Shown here: in pieces, positions 26,979 to 36,913 of the stretch
Position numbering within the stretch: position 1 is the first letter of the stretch
How the letters are laid out: every line of letters begins with the position of its first letter
Origin: Candidatus Aenigmatarchaeota archaeon
GTDB taxonomy: Archaea; Aenigmatarchaeota; Aenigmatarchaeia; QMZP01; QMZT01
Reading direction: 5' to 3'
DNA length: 43,626 bases
NCBI GenBank assembly: GCA_011772645.1
Contig: WVZE01000004.1
Location: 9,482 to 53,107 of the forward strand
The notes under the pieces: model-generated
Database searches by the model: none
Seen by the model: only the letters and a program-made list of their open reading frames with translations
What the model was told of the DNA's origin: nothing
Position numbers and translations under genes: made by a program

Positions 26979-28748
26979 CTATTCCACGGTCACGCTTTTC
27001 GCGAGGTTTCTCGGCTGATCTATGTCGCAGCCCCTTAAAACCCCCAGGTGATACGCAAGCAGCTGAACCGGTATGATATTCACTATTGGAGAAGCCAGAC
27101 CGACGTCCGGGGTTTTCAGCCAGTAATCGAAGACCTCGTTCCTTTTCGGTCCCACGCCTATTATGAACCCCCCTCTCGCCCTGACCTCCATTGCGTTTCC
27201 TATTATGTTGTTCATCCCGTCGTTCGCAGTCAGAACAATGCAGGGAGAGCCTTTCTCTATCAGGGCGATGGGTCCGTGTTTAAGCTCGCCGCCGGCGAAG
27301 CCCTGGGCGTGTATGTAGCTGACCTCCATGATCTTTATCGCACCTTCCAACGCCATCGGATAATTCAATGCCTTTCCGATTATGTAGACATTTTTCTCCC
27401 TGCAGATTTTCTTCGCGAGTTTTTTGATGTACTCTTCATATCTAGGATTAAGCATGTCGTTGATCTTGGAGGCGGTCTCCAGGAGAAGTTTCTTACCCTC
27501 ATTAAGTTTACCTGCGCACGCATACGCAAGGAGATAGAGGATCGCGAGCTGGGCTGTGGTCGCCTTTGTGGAAGCGACTGCCTTTTCCGGTCCTGCCTTT
27601 ATGAGGAAGGTTATATCTGAAACCCTGTCGAGTGTCGAGCCCTTGACGTTAACAAGCGATATGACTTTCACTCCTTTCTCCTTCGCCGCTTTGACGGCCT
27701 CCAGAACATCCGCTGTCTCCCCGCTCTGCGAGACCGTTATGAGAAGGGTTTTCTTGGTAAGGAAATTTCTGTAGTTCGGGAATTCGGATGAAACCACGTA
27801 ATTCACGTGTTTGTTCGCAACGTTCGAAAACACGTATTCCCCTGTCTGGCATACCTTACCCGCGGTCCCGCATCCCGTCAGGAACACGCCGAACGCCTTG
27901 TTTATCTCGTTAGCGACCCTCCTGATCTCTCTTTCATCCTGGTTTATCGCTTTCATTATGGTCTCCTTCTGCTCCAGTATCTCCTTTATCATGTAGTGTT
28001 CGTGCTCGCCTTTCTCTGCCTGTTTCGCATCCCAGTCTATCGTTATCACCCTCTTCTCGATCCCTTTTCCGTCAGTCAGGTTTCTGAATCTCGGCTCTCC
28101 CTCCACAACAACCATCTCACCATCATCCAGGTACATCACCTTCCTGGTGTGATTCAAAAAAGCAGGGACATCTGATGCGATAAAATATTCGTCTCTACCG
28201 ACCCCGAGAATTAGAGGAGAACCTGTTCTCGCTGCAATAAGACCGGGGAAACCCCTTTCAGCGACTATTATCGCCGACCTTCCCTTCAGGGAGTTCATAC
28301 TCTTTCGAACTGCTTCCTCAAGGTCAAGACCCGAGCGAAGGTTATCCTCTATCAAATGCGCTATAACTTCCGTATCGGTTTCGCTCCGAAACCTGTGCCC
28401 CTTCCTTTTCAATCGTTTTTTCAGTTCGGAAAAATTCTCTATTATCCCGTTGTGTATCACCGCGATCCTGTCTTTGCAATCTGTCTGGGGATGCGAATTA
28501 CGTTTGGAGACTTTCCCGTGTGTCGCCCACCTTGTATGTCCGAACCCTATATTTCCGGGAAGATTCTTCAAGTCCATTTTCCCGTCCACATCATCTATCT
28601 TCCCCATATCCTTCTTTATCCAGACTTTTCCCCCATCCAGCGTTGCGATCCCACAGCTGTCATACCCCCTGTATTCCAGCCTCTTAAGAGAATCAACCAG
28701 TAAGGGAGCCACCCTTCGCTTGCCTACATATCCTGCTATCCCGCACAT
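26979..28748 (-). CDS. glmS: Glutamine--fructose-6-phosphate aminotransferase (isomerizing)
   Basis: MCGI, EYRGYDS, GHTRWATHG, HNGIIEN, SQSGET, ELKHGP and PRNLAKSVTVE motifs. Confidence 0.98.
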   Translation of the reverse strand: MCGIAGYVGKRRVAPLLVDSLKRLEYRGYDSCGIATLDGGKVWIKKDMGKIDDVDGKMDLKNLPGNIGFGHTRWATHGKVSKRNSHPQTDCKDRIAVIHNGIIENFSELKKRLKRKGHRFRSETDTEVIAHLIEDNLRSGLDLEEAVRKSMNSLKGRSAIIVAERGFPGLIAARTGSPLILGVGRDEYFIASDVPAFLNHTRKVMYLDDGEMVVVEGEPRFRNLTDGKGIEKRVITIDWDAKQAEKGEHEHYMIKEILEQKETIMKAINQDEREIRRVANEINKAFGVFLTGCGTAGKVCQTGEYVFSNVANKHVNYVVSSEFPNYRNFLTKKTLLITVSQSGETADVLEAVKAAKEKGVKVISLVNVKGSTLDRVSDITFLIKAGPEKAVASTKATTAQLAILYLLAYACAGKLNEGKKLLLETASKINDMLNPRYEEYIKKLAKKICREKNVYIIGKALNYPMALEGAIKIMEVSYIHAQGFAGGELKHGPIALIEKGSPCIVLTANDGMNNIIGNAMEVRARGGFIIGVGPKRNEVFDYWLKTPDVGLASPIVNIIPVQLLAYHLGVLRGCDIDQPRNLAKSVTVE

Positions 28749-28825
28749 AGATATTCCTAATTTCTTTCAACATATTTAAAATTTTTACCCGCATTTTCAC
28801 CCAAATTTCACCAGAATACGCCTCT

Positions 28826-30070
28826 TCACTCAAATACCAGGGCGCTCACGCCCTTCTTGTAGGTCTGGACGTTCCTCGAGACCTCGTCCAGCCCGTCCTT
28901 GAGGACCTCGAACCTCCGTTCGTAATTGTCCACAAGATCGTTCACAAAACCCCTTATATGTTCCTTGAAGTTCTTGATGTCCTCTATGTTTTCCACGAGC
29001 GCCTTGTTCAGTCGTTCCTCATTCCCCCTCAGGTGGTTCAGGATATTGTCGTTCGCTTCCTTCAGTTTCGTTATAACAGCTTCTTCGAAGTATCGGTGTT
29101 TGCCTTCGAGGGAGTTAACCTTTTCGTTCACCTCTTTCTTCAGACCATCCGTGGTTTTCATGAATTCGAGTTTTGTCTGCTCAATATCTTCCACGCTGGT
29201 TTTGATCTTCTCCTCGATTGCCTGCAGACCTTTGTTTATCTCCTTCGAAACCCCTCCCCTTATCTCAACCTCCATGTCATTCTTTAGCTTGTCCATGCTC
29301 TCTGCCTGGGAAGAGAGGATCTTCAGCTTCTCGTCAGCCTGGGACTTGACTATCAGGAATTCCTTCACCATCCCATCGAATTCCTTCTTCTTGTCCCTCT
29401 CCTTGCGTTCGAATTCCTTCTTTAATTTATCAAGCATGTCCGTAAAATTCACTCTAAAGCTTTCTATTTTTTCAAAAAACTTTTTACTTTCATTCTCCGT
29501 GTTCTGTATCCTGTGATCAAGATCGGAGTCCTTGTCCCTGAGCTTTTCCAGACTCCCTTCCAGGTCCTTGAAGTCGGAAATTATCCTGTTGAATTCTTTG
29601 AACAAACTCCCCTTCTCCATCCTTATCTGGCCCATCTCGATAACGAGCTTTTTCTCAAGATCATCAACGCTTTTCTTCTGTTCTTCAAAATTCCTTTGGA
29701 ACTCCTCTATACGTCCTTCCACGTCCTCCTCTATCTCCTCGAATTTCCTCTCTCCGGAGTCCATCCTCTTTTCCACAGAATCAACCCTGTTCAAAAGCTT
29801 TTCCCTGAAAAGTGATTGCTTGTTTTTCAGATCCGTGAGTGATTTGTTCAGGACCTTAACAGAGTCCCTCAATTCAGAAAATATCTCATCATCCTTCTCC
29901 CCTCTCTTGCTCAACTCCCTTGTTAATGTTTTTAATTCCGTTATCTTGTTCGAATTCCTTTCAACCAGCTTTCTCAATTCTTCCAGGAGATACCTGTATT
30001 TACTTTTCCACTCCTCCTTCTCTTCCTTGATGTCCTTTATCCTCTCGCCAAGTTTTTCGAATTTGTCCAT
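28826..30070 (-). CDS. Long coiled-coil protein (414 aa)
   Basis: E/K-rich heptads throughout; no ATPase motif; start overlaps the upstream stop (TAATG). Confidence 0.8.
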   Translation of the reverse strand: MDKFEKLGERIKDIKEEKEEWKSKYRYLLEELRKLVERNSNKITELKTLTRELSKRGEKDDEIFSELRDSVKVLNKSLTDLKNKQSLFREKLLNRVDSVEKRMDSGERKFEEIEEDVEGRIEEFQRNFEEQKKSVDDLEKKLVIEMGQIRMEKGSLFKEFNRIISDFKDLEGSLEKLRDKDSDLDHRIQNTENESKKFFEKIESFRVNFTDMLDKLKKEFERKERDKKKEFDGMVKEFLIVKSQADEKLKILSSQAESMDKLKNDMEVEIRGGVSKEINKGLQAIEEKIKTSVEDIEQTKLEFMKTTDGLKKEVNEKVNSLEGKHRYFEEAVITKLKEANDNILNHLRGNEERLNKALVENIEDIKNFKEHIRGFVNDLVDNYERRFEVLKDGLDEVSRNVQTYKKGVSALVFE

Positions 30071-32430
30071 TAACCCTCGGCCTCCTCTATCAGTTTGTCG
30101 AGCTCCTTAGAACTTTCCTTCTTCAGGGACCTTATGGATTTCGAAAGGGAATCTATCTTTTTTCCGAGGCTGCTGATGGAATCCCTGAATTCCCTATCAA
30201 TCTCCTTGACCCTGTTCTCATTAACAAAGCTTCTCTCTCCAATGACTTTTAAAAGATTCTCCGTTTTGGACAGGGTATCCCCAAGCCTCTTTAAAGAGAC
30301 TTCGGATCCGGCGACCCTGTTTTCGAAACTATTCCTGAACTCCTCCTTGAATTTGTCGAGCTGATCAAACTGTTCGGTTAGCTTTTTCATCCGCTCCTCA
30401 ATCTGCGCCCTGATACCGAAAAATTCCCTTACACTCCTGTTAATTTCATCCTTTTTAACGCTCTCCGCCCCCTTCATTTCCTTCCTGAGAGAACTCAGCG
30501 TGCCTTCGAGGTTGTTCTTGATCGTGTTTAGGTTGGTCTCCACTCCCTTGATCCTGCCCTCCAGATCCTCCTCCACCTCGCTTATGTCCTTCTCCATCCC
30601 CTTCTCCTTCCTCTCGCTGAGCCTGTCAACGTCCTCCCTGAGCGAGTCCAGGCTCTTCTGAAAACCATCCCTCAGTTCGACCATGGAGGCATTAAGGACC
30701 CCTTCCAGGTCACTGATCCTTTTGTCTATTATTTTCGAATCGCCCTTGGAAGCCTTGACGGAGAATACGATTTCACTCAGATCCCTCAGATTCGAATCTA
30801 CATCATCAACCCTTTTCTTGATCTCCTCCTCCACTTCCGATATGCTTTTTCCCAGTTTCTCCTCCTTCCTCTCGCTGAGCTTATCAACATCCTTCCTTAT
30901 GCCTGACAAAGAATCATGAAATTCCTTTCTTAACACAGAGATGTTCTTCTCTGTCTCTCTCATCCTCTCCCCCACTTCCTTCCCGCCAACCTTAACCGAT
31001 TCCATCCTCGAAATCCTTTCACCAAGCTTTCCGAATCCTTCACCAAGTTCCTTAACAGCGACGTTGAAACCCTTCTCCATCTCCTTGATCCTCCCCTTCA
31101 GCTCGCTCTCCACCGCTGTTATGTCCTTCTCCATCCCCTTATCCTTCCTCTCGCTGAGCCTGTCAACGTCCTCCCTGAGCGAGTCCAGGCTCTTCTGAAA
31201 ACCATCCCTCAAATCATTAACACTACTGTCAAGTTTGCTCAACTTCTCATCAGCCATTTTCGAATCAACTTTCACGCCCTCAAGCTTTAGAACCATACTT
31301 CCTATTTCCTTTAAGTTCGAATCCACATCACCAATCTTTTTCTTGACCTCTTTCTCCACCCTGCCTATATCCTTCTCCACCCCTTTCTCCTTCCTCTCGC
31401 TGAGCCTGTCAACGTCCTCCCTCAGGGAGTCAAGGTTGTCCCAGAAACCTTCCTTCATCTTCGCAATCCCTTCATTGAAACTGTCCTTCATGCGGTTGAT
31501 GCTCTTCTCCAGGTTACTTATTTTATCATCAACGACCTTTGAATCGCCTTTGGCAGCCTTAACGTTCAGAAGCATATCGCTGAGTTCATTTATCTTCCCA
31601 TCCATCCTCTTTTCAACGTCCGTTACCCCTTTCTCCAAACTCCTCATCCTCTCCCCCACTTCCTTCCCGCCAACCTTAACCGATTCCATCCTCGAAATCC
31701 TCTCGCCAAGCTTTCCGAATCCTTCACCAAGTTCCTTAACAGCGACGTTGAAACCCTTCTCCATCTCCTTAATCCTCCCCTTCAGCTCGCTCTCCACCGC
31801 TGTTATGTCCTTCTCCATCCCCTTCTCCTTCCTCTCGCTGAGCCTGTCAACATCCTCCCTGAGCGAGTCCAGGCTCTTCTTAAAATCCTCCCTCATCCCG
31901 GCAACCGAGCTGTTAAGACCCGCCTTCAGATCGTTAACCGTTTCCCCCAGTTCAGCGATTTTCGAATCAAATACTTTAGAATCAACCTTAACGCCCTCGA
32001 TCCTGAGAGCGGAATCCCCGATCCTCCCGGTTTGCTGTGAGAGGTCTTTCAAAACACTGTCAAATTCAGACTGTTGTTTTTCGAGATTGAAAACCCCTGT
32101 TTTCAGGGAATTAAGAACATCCTCGAAGCCCTCGATCTTCTCGAGACCATCGCTTACGGACTTTTTGTAATCTGAAATTTTCTTGTAGAGGGAATCGAAT
32201 TTATCCAGACTCTTCTTTACAGGCCTTACCTCTGTGTTTACAAATTCAAGTATCCTCTTGCCTGCGGCGGAGTAAGCGACCGATGCTTCTTTGAGCCTGT
32301 CCGCGAGATACCTGTTCTTTTCCATCAGGAACGTTCTGTCGCCCTTAAGCTTTTTTATGGTCTCCTTTCTGGCCTCGTTTTCTTCCTTAAGCTTCCTCAG
32401 CCTGTCCCCCAGCTCTTTCAGCTCTTTCAT
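30070..32430 (-). CDS. Long coiled-coil protein with internal repeats (786 aa)
   Basis: Heptad pattern; repeated DSLREDVDRLSERKEKGMEKDI unit. Confidence 0.82.
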   Translation of the reverse strand: MKELKELGDRLRKLKEENEARKETIKKLKGDRTFLMEKNRYLADRLKEASVAYSAAGKRILEFVNTEVRPVKKSLDKFDSLYKKISDYKKSVSDGLEKIEGFEDVLNSLKTGVFNLEKQQSEFDSVLKDLSQQTGRIGDSALRIEGVKVDSKVFDSKIAELGETVNDLKAGLNSSVAGMREDFKKSLDSLREDVDRLSERKEKGMEKDITAVESELKGRIKEMEKGFNVAVKELGEGFGKLGERISRMESVKVGGKEVGERMRSLEKGVTDVEKRMDGKINELSDMLLNVKAAKGDSKVVDDKISNLEKSINRMKDSFNEGIAKMKEGFWDNLDSLREDVDRLSERKEKGVEKDIGRVEKEVKKKIGDVDSNLKEIGSMVLKLEGVKVDSKMADEKLSKLDSSVNDLRDGFQKSLDSLREDVDRLSERKDKGMEKDITAVESELKGRIKEMEKGFNVAVKELGEGFGKLGERISRMESVKVGGKEVGERMRETEKNISVLRKEFHDSLSGIRKDVDKLSERKEEKLGKSISEVEEEIKKRVDDVDSNLRDLSEIVFSVKASKGDSKIIDKRISDLEGVLNASMVELRDGFQKSLDSLREDVDRLSERKEKGMEKDISEVEEDLEGRIKGVETNLNTIKNNLEGTLSSLRKEMKGAESVKKDEINRSVREFFGIRAQIEERMKKLTEQFDQLDKFKEEFRNSFENRVAGSEVSLKRLGDTLSKTENLLKVIGERSFVNENRVKEIDREFRDSISSLGKKIDSLSKSIRSLKKESSKELDKLIEEAEG
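30961..31196. repeat. About 236-bp intragenic direct repeat, copy of 31645-31880
   Basis: In-frame offset of 684 nt; only a handful of mismatches by eye. Confidence 0.9.
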
Positions 32431-34965
32431 TCAACCTCTCAACTCGCCAAGGAGGGAATTTATCCTCTCCTTCTGTTTTTTTGACATTTCCTCAAGCTTT
32501 TTCCTGTCCATAAGGCTCTGCTCAACAACGTTCTCAAACTGCGCCCTTATGTTCACAAGCTCCTTTTCAAGTTTAGAAATTCTCTTTTCCATCCTTTCCT
32601 GGAAGCCCCCGATTTCTTTCATTTCCTTCCACTTCTCATCAAGGTCCTCGATGGATTTTTTGGCAGAGGAGATCCTCTCCCCCAGATTCTTGGCCTTCTC
32701 GTTCATCCTTTCGAACTTTTCCACGAACGATTTCCTGGAGCCTTCCAGATATTCGACACCCTTCTGAAGCTGTGAGATATCCTTTACGTAGGACTCGAGC
32801 ATATCCAGTCTCTTCAGGAAATCCTTATCGTTCGACCTCATCTCTTTTATTTCCTCCTTCATCCTGCCTTGAGCCTCCTTAGACCCCTGTATGTCATCGT
32901 CAATCTCACCAAGATTGTTTTCGAGAATAGCCAAAGTCGGTTTAACCACGTTCTCTAATTGAGATTTTTCATCCCTGAGGCTGTCAATACCCTCTTCGAA
33001 GAGATTTTTGTTGTCCTCTACCCTTTTATCTATGGAAAGCAATCGGTCACTAATCTTGCTGATCTCAACTGAGAAATCATCCATGACGTTCTCAATCTTT
33101 TCAACCCTTCCCAGGACCTTCTTTTGCGCTGACAACCTTTCATCCAGGGTTTTCAGCTTACCGTCAAGTTCGCTGATCCTTGTATCAAGCAAACCCTTCA
33201 GATCATCAATCTCCTTGGTTTTTCCGTCCAAGATTTCTATGTTTTCTCCGAGCTTTTCGAGGGAACCCAGGGTCTTGAACAATTCCTTGTTCTCGATTTT
33301 CATCTCCTTTATCCTGTCACTTAGGTTTGACTGGGATTCATTGAACTTCTCAAGCCTCCCGTCAAACTTCTCGAGATCTCCTTTGAACATTTCCAACGTG
33401 GGGTTAACCACATCCCTGAACTGCGAGAGCTCCGATTTAAGGCCCTCTGTCCTCCCGTCAACCATCTCGAGGATTTTGGAAAATTTCCCCTCGATTTCTG
33501 AGAGCGCAGGTTTTGAGATGTCCGTGAATTTTTTCTCTATGCTCTTCTCCACGTTCAAACCCAGCTTTTCCTGGAAGCCTTTAACCCCTTCCAGAACCTT
33601 TCCGAAATCTTTAACCTGTTCCTTTAACGCATCTATGGTGGGGGTTATCGTGTTTTCAAACTTGTAAAACCTCGAGGCAATGATATCCATCTCGTCTTTG
33701 ACGGAAACAAGCTCCTTCGAAGTCTTATCCTTTACCTCGGAAAGTTTGGATTCGGCCATCTCTGTGAACAGTTTACTCACGAGCTCCTTGACAAATTCAG
33801 AGTAATCCTCCCTGAAGTTCTTTATGCTTTCGGAAAGTTCCTCTGACCTTCCCTTCAGCTTGGTTTCCAGGTCAGATATTTTCTCCAGAAGTTTCGCTTC
33901 CCTTTCCTTCAGATCCCCTTTTGCCTTCTCCCTGTCCGTTTGCAGTTCAACCACGTAGTCGCCCAGTTTATATAGGTTTTTCATTTCACTCTTGAAATAG
34001 CTCATTTCGCTGTAAAGCCTTTTTATCCTCCCGTTCAGCTTCCCGGCCTCGTCTTTTAAACCCTTTACATCGCTAAGAACGGGCGATATTTCTTTCGACA
34101 TGCCCTTGCTTATCTCCTGTGGTATGATCTGGCTTGAAAGTTCCTCTGTTGAGAATACGAGTTTTTTCAGCTTTTCTATGTTTTCCGGTCCAAGCTTTTC
34201 GATCAGTGCCTGAACTTTGTCCTCAAGGCCCGGAAGCTTCTCAAGACGCTTAAGTTGTTCCTTAAACCTGGAGAACCTCGTTTCATTCTCGTCCCTCATT
34301 TCGGTGAACGTTCTCTCCAGATCCTTCAAGGATTTTTTTACCTCATTCAGATCACTCTGAAGTTCAACAGTCCCTCCGAAGGCAGCGAGGCCTTTGGAAA
34401 CCTCCTCCCCTCCCCTGGTTGGAACTTCAGGCGTGGTGAGCTTGTCAGAAAGTTTTTTAATACTGTCCTCGATGGCGGATATCTTGCTCGTGGTTTCACT
34501 CTGTATCTTATCAACCAGTTTCCTGACCTTCCCCTCTTCAGGTTTTTCGGTTTTCCCGATCTTAGTTCCAATCGCCGTCATGCTGTCCTTTATTTCCTTG
34601 AGCTGTGCCTGAAACTGGTCGGTCATCTTTTTTTCCAGATCCTTGAGCTTGGGTTCCACGGGCTCCGGCGGCGGCGTGGCTGGGGCGGGTGGCTTAGCTT
34701 CCTCGGCCTTGGAGGAAACCTTCTCTATTATTTCGGCCAAGCCTTTGCTCTTCTCCTCCAGATCCTTTCTCTCTTTCTCAAGCGATTTTGTTTTGCTCTT
34801 TTCCTCTTCAAGTTGCTTTCTGAGGGCATCGGCTTCTGATCCCCCGGTATCCTGCTTCGTTTCTTCGGGTTTCCTTTTCGCTTCCAGCGGATCACCCAAC
34901 TTTTTCAGGCCTTCAAGCCCTTCAGCAACCCCCTTTTTCTTCTTTTGAACCTCTTCATTAACCAT
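32431..34965 (-). CDS. Long coiled-coil protein (about 844 aa)
   Basis: Heptads with a Pro-rich hinge (KPPAPATPPPEP). Start at MVNEE after a GGGGTGG ribosome-binding-like site (track start is 34986). Confidence 0.82.
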   Translation of the reverse strand: MVNEEVQKKKKGVAEGLEGLKKLGDPLEAKRKPEETKQDTGGSEADALRKQLEEEKSKTKSLEKERKDLEEKSKGLAEIIEKVSSKAEEAKPPAPATPPPEPVEPKLKDLEKKMTDQFQAQLKEIKDSMTAIGTKIGKTEKPEEGKVRKLVDKIQSETTSKISAIEDSIKKLSDKLTTPEVPTRGGEEVSKGLAAFGGTVELQSDLNEVKKSLKDLERTFTEMRDENETRFSRFKEQLKRLEKLPGLEDKVQALIEKLGPENIEKLKKLVFSTEELSSQIIPQEISKGMSKEISPVLSDVKGLKDEAGKLNGRIKRLYSEMSYFKSEMKNLYKLGDYVVELQTDREKAKGDLKEREAKLLEKISDLETKLKGRSEELSESIKNFREDYSEFVKELVSKLFTEMAESKLSEVKDKTSKELVSVKDEMDIIASRFYKFENTITPTIDALKEQVKDFGKVLEGVKGFQEKLGLNVEKSIEKKFTDISKPALSEIEGKFSKILEMVDGRTEGLKSELSQFRDVVNPTLEMFKGDLEKFDGRLEKFNESQSNLSDRIKEMKIENKELFKTLGSLEKLGENIEILDGKTKEIDDLKGLLDTRISELDGKLKTLDERLSAQKKVLGRVEKIENVMDDFSVEISKISDRLLSIDKRVEDNKNLFEEGIDSLRDEKSQLENVVKPTLAILENNLGEIDDDIQGSKEAQGRMKEEIKEMRSNDKDFLKRLDMLESYVKDISQLQKGVEYLEGSRKSFVEKFERMNEKAKNLGERISSAKKSIEDLDEKWKEMKEIGGFQERMEKRISKLEKELVNIRAQFENVVEQSLMDRKKLEEMSKKQKERINSLLGELRG

Positions 34966-34995
34966 ACAACCACCCCGACCCTTCATTCGAAATAT

Positions 34996-35265
34996 TTATT
35001 CACTTGATAAGGCTCTGGCAAGCCTTTTGACGTTCCTTTCCTGTTCCTTCAGTCTACCCTCGATTTCCGAAATTCTCGAATCGATTTCGTTTAACCTCGA
35101 GTTAAGTTTCAAGTCCTGTTCCGCGTTCCCCCCCGCTTTGATTTCTGGTATAAACATACTATTCGATTTGGTTCCGGTATATTTAATTTTATAAAGTTGG
35201 TATAATAAAAAGCAAATTATAACGACCAGCAGCAGGATGATCACCAAAAACGCCGACTCCAACAT
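34996..35265 (-). CDS. Small single-TM protein with a C-terminal coiled coil
   Basis: N-terminal TM helix followed by basic residues; LNSRLNEIDSRISEIEGRLKE heptads. Confidence 0.7.
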   Translation of the reverse strand: MLESAFLVIILLLVVIICFLLYQLYKIKYTGTKSNSMFIPEIKAGGNAEQDLKLNSRLNEIDSRISEIEGRLKEQERNVKRLARALSSE

Positions 35266-35298
35266 AAGTATTATTTTGATCTTGTTATTGAAATATGT

Positions 35299-36075
35299 TT
35301 ATTCTCTGGGTTTGATCCCGAACAATCTCAGGAAACCTGAAAGAAGGTTCGGCGGCCTGTATTCCTTGCCTATCAATTTTGCAGCAAGCTTCTTCATTTC
35401 GATGCTTGCAGGAGAATTCGGAGAGAAGAGGTAAACCGGAACTTTAAGGGCGAGACTCCTCAAAACATTCTTGTCCATGGGTATCAGGGATATCACAGGG
35501 ATTTCTGCTATCTGCTCCACCTCTTTTCTCCCCAGCTCATACCTTTCCTTCCCCACCATGTTCAGAACGACACCCAGCGGTTTTATTCCCATATCGTTTA
35601 CCACCTGATGGCATTTCATTATATCCATGGTGGATGGGACGAAAGGCGTGTTTATGAAGATAACCTCATCCGCCGCCTGAAGGGTCGCCATTGCCTCCCT
35701 CCCCAGGCCTGGAGCGGAGTCCAGGAGAACGATATCTGTCTTTCCGAACAGACTCTTCAGAGAATGCTTTAGCTTTGCTATGTCCGTCCCCTTCAGATCC
35801 CCCAAGGACAGGGAAGCGGGTATCACGCGCAAACCGCTTATGTGGTATTCGTACATCGCATCCTCTATCTTCGCTTCGTTTTTCAGGACCTGGTTGAGCG
35901 TGACAGGACAATAATACATCCCCAGATAAAGCGCTAGATGAGAAGTCGTGATATTGCAGTCAACTATTATCACATCCTTCTTGAACTCGGAGGCGAGAAT
36001 CGTCCCCAGGTTTGCAACTACCGTTGTCTTTCCCACGCCTCCTTTACCCGAAATCACCCCGATTATCCTCGTCAT
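35299..36075 (-). CDS. minD: MinD/ParA family ATPase with a C-terminal amphipathic membrane-targeting helix
   Basis: Deviant Walker A SGKGGVGKTT, IVDCN, LLDSAPG, GVVLN; C-terminal LLSGFLRLFG. Confidence 0.88.
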   Translation of the reverse strand: MTRIIGVISGKGGVGKTTVVANLGTILASEFKKDVIIVDCNITTSHLALYLGMYYCPVTLNQVLKNEAKIEDAMYEYHISGLRVIPASLSLGDLKGTDIAKLKHSLKSLFGKTDIVLLDSAPGLGREAMATLQAADEVIFINTPFVPSTMDIMKCHQVVNDMGIKPLGVVLNMVGKERYELGRKEVEQIAEIPVISLIPMDKNVLRSLALKVPVYLFSPNSPASIEMKKLAAKLIGKEYRPPNLLSGFLRLFGIKPRE

Positions 36076-36120
36076 TCGCTCTCACACTTTATTTTTATTG
36101 TTCGTCATTAAATAACCTTC

Positions 36121-36780
36121 CTACCATTTCAGAGTGCATAAAATTTTCGACAGTTCGTTTTCGTTCCTGGCCAATACCGGAAAATCGTTGATTTTGCTGA
36201 GCTGCGAATTCAGCTGATGAGTATAATTCAAAAGATCCCTTTCACCCGACAACGAAATGAGGGTTGATATTATCCTCGGAACAATATCAGCCTTGTATTT
36301 CTTGCAAAAGACTATCATGTTTGAAAACAGGACATAGAGAAAAACATCAGTGAATATGTTCGATCCGTATCTGCCGACCATTTCCTTGTCACCCCTGTAG
36401 AGAACCTTCAGGTTCTTGGGGGAGAACAGAAGGGGGTGGTATTTCTCAATGAATTTCTGAATAATGTTCCAATTGCCTACAATCAACGAATTAGGGGTCC
36501 AGGATTCCTCCGGAATTTTCCTGTGTTTCCCCCTCATGTAACCAGGTATCCATCCGAACAGGGGTTTCAGCCTCTTGCCCTCCTTTACTATGTAGTTTTC
36601 CTTTATCATTTGCCTGAACAGGGGTTTGCCGATTCCTGATTCTATGTGATAGAGATAGTTGGTCTTCACGCCCCATTCCGTCTGTATTCTAAACAGCGAT
36701 GTTCCCTTCTGATCGCTCGCGGCGTTTAGCCAGATAAGCCAGAAATTCTTGTACTCCGTAAGCTTCTTTTTCTTTATCAT
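36121..36780 (-). CDS. Hypothetical protein, possible N-terminal winged helix
   Basis: Basic, aromatic-rich N-terminus (SLFRIQTEWGVKTNYLY...MIKENYIVKEGKRL). Fold is an inference. Confidence 0.65.
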   Translation of the reverse strand: MIKKKKLTEYKNFWLIWLNAASDQKGTSLFRIQTEWGVKTNYLYHIESGIGKPLFRQMIKENYIVKEGKRLKPLFGWIPGYMRGKHRKIPEESWTPNSLIVGNWNIIQKFIEKYHPLLFSPKNLKVLYRGDKEMVGRYGSNIFTDVFLYVLFSNMIVFCKKYKADIVPRIISTLISLSGERDLLNYTHQLNSQLSKINDFPVLARNENELSKILCTLKW

Positions 36781-36878
36781 AATTTTTATAAATATACTAG
36801 TTTATCGTCCCGATACAGGTCGTTTTCTCCCTAAAGGAGCCTGAACCGTTTATTATTTCGATGTTTTATTATTAGAAT

Positions 36879-36892
36879 TTTTTATATAAAAA
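36879..36892. promoter_or_regulatory. Perfect 14-bp A/T palindrome TTTTTATATAAAAA (TATA-like) in the intergenic gap
   Basis: Read directly from the sequence; function unknown. Confidence 0.35.
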
Positions 36893-36913
36893 TAATAGTA
36901 TGAACATACAAAT

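Noticed and set aside
30580-31880. Recurring CCTTCCTCTCGCTGAGC-containing repeats as a CRISPR array
   Set aside because: Spacing is irregular and hundreds of nt long, the copies are in frame in a coding gene, and no cas genes are present.
31235-32170. 311-aa Ser/Phe/Leu-rich plus-strand ORF and similar ORFs across 28.9-35 kb
   Set aside because: Antisense mirror of Glu/Lys-rich codons.
28826-34986. Coiled-coil proteins as SMC/Rad50 or chemoreceptors
   Set aside because: No Walker A/B, signature motif, hinge, CxxC hook or MCP hairpin motif was seen.
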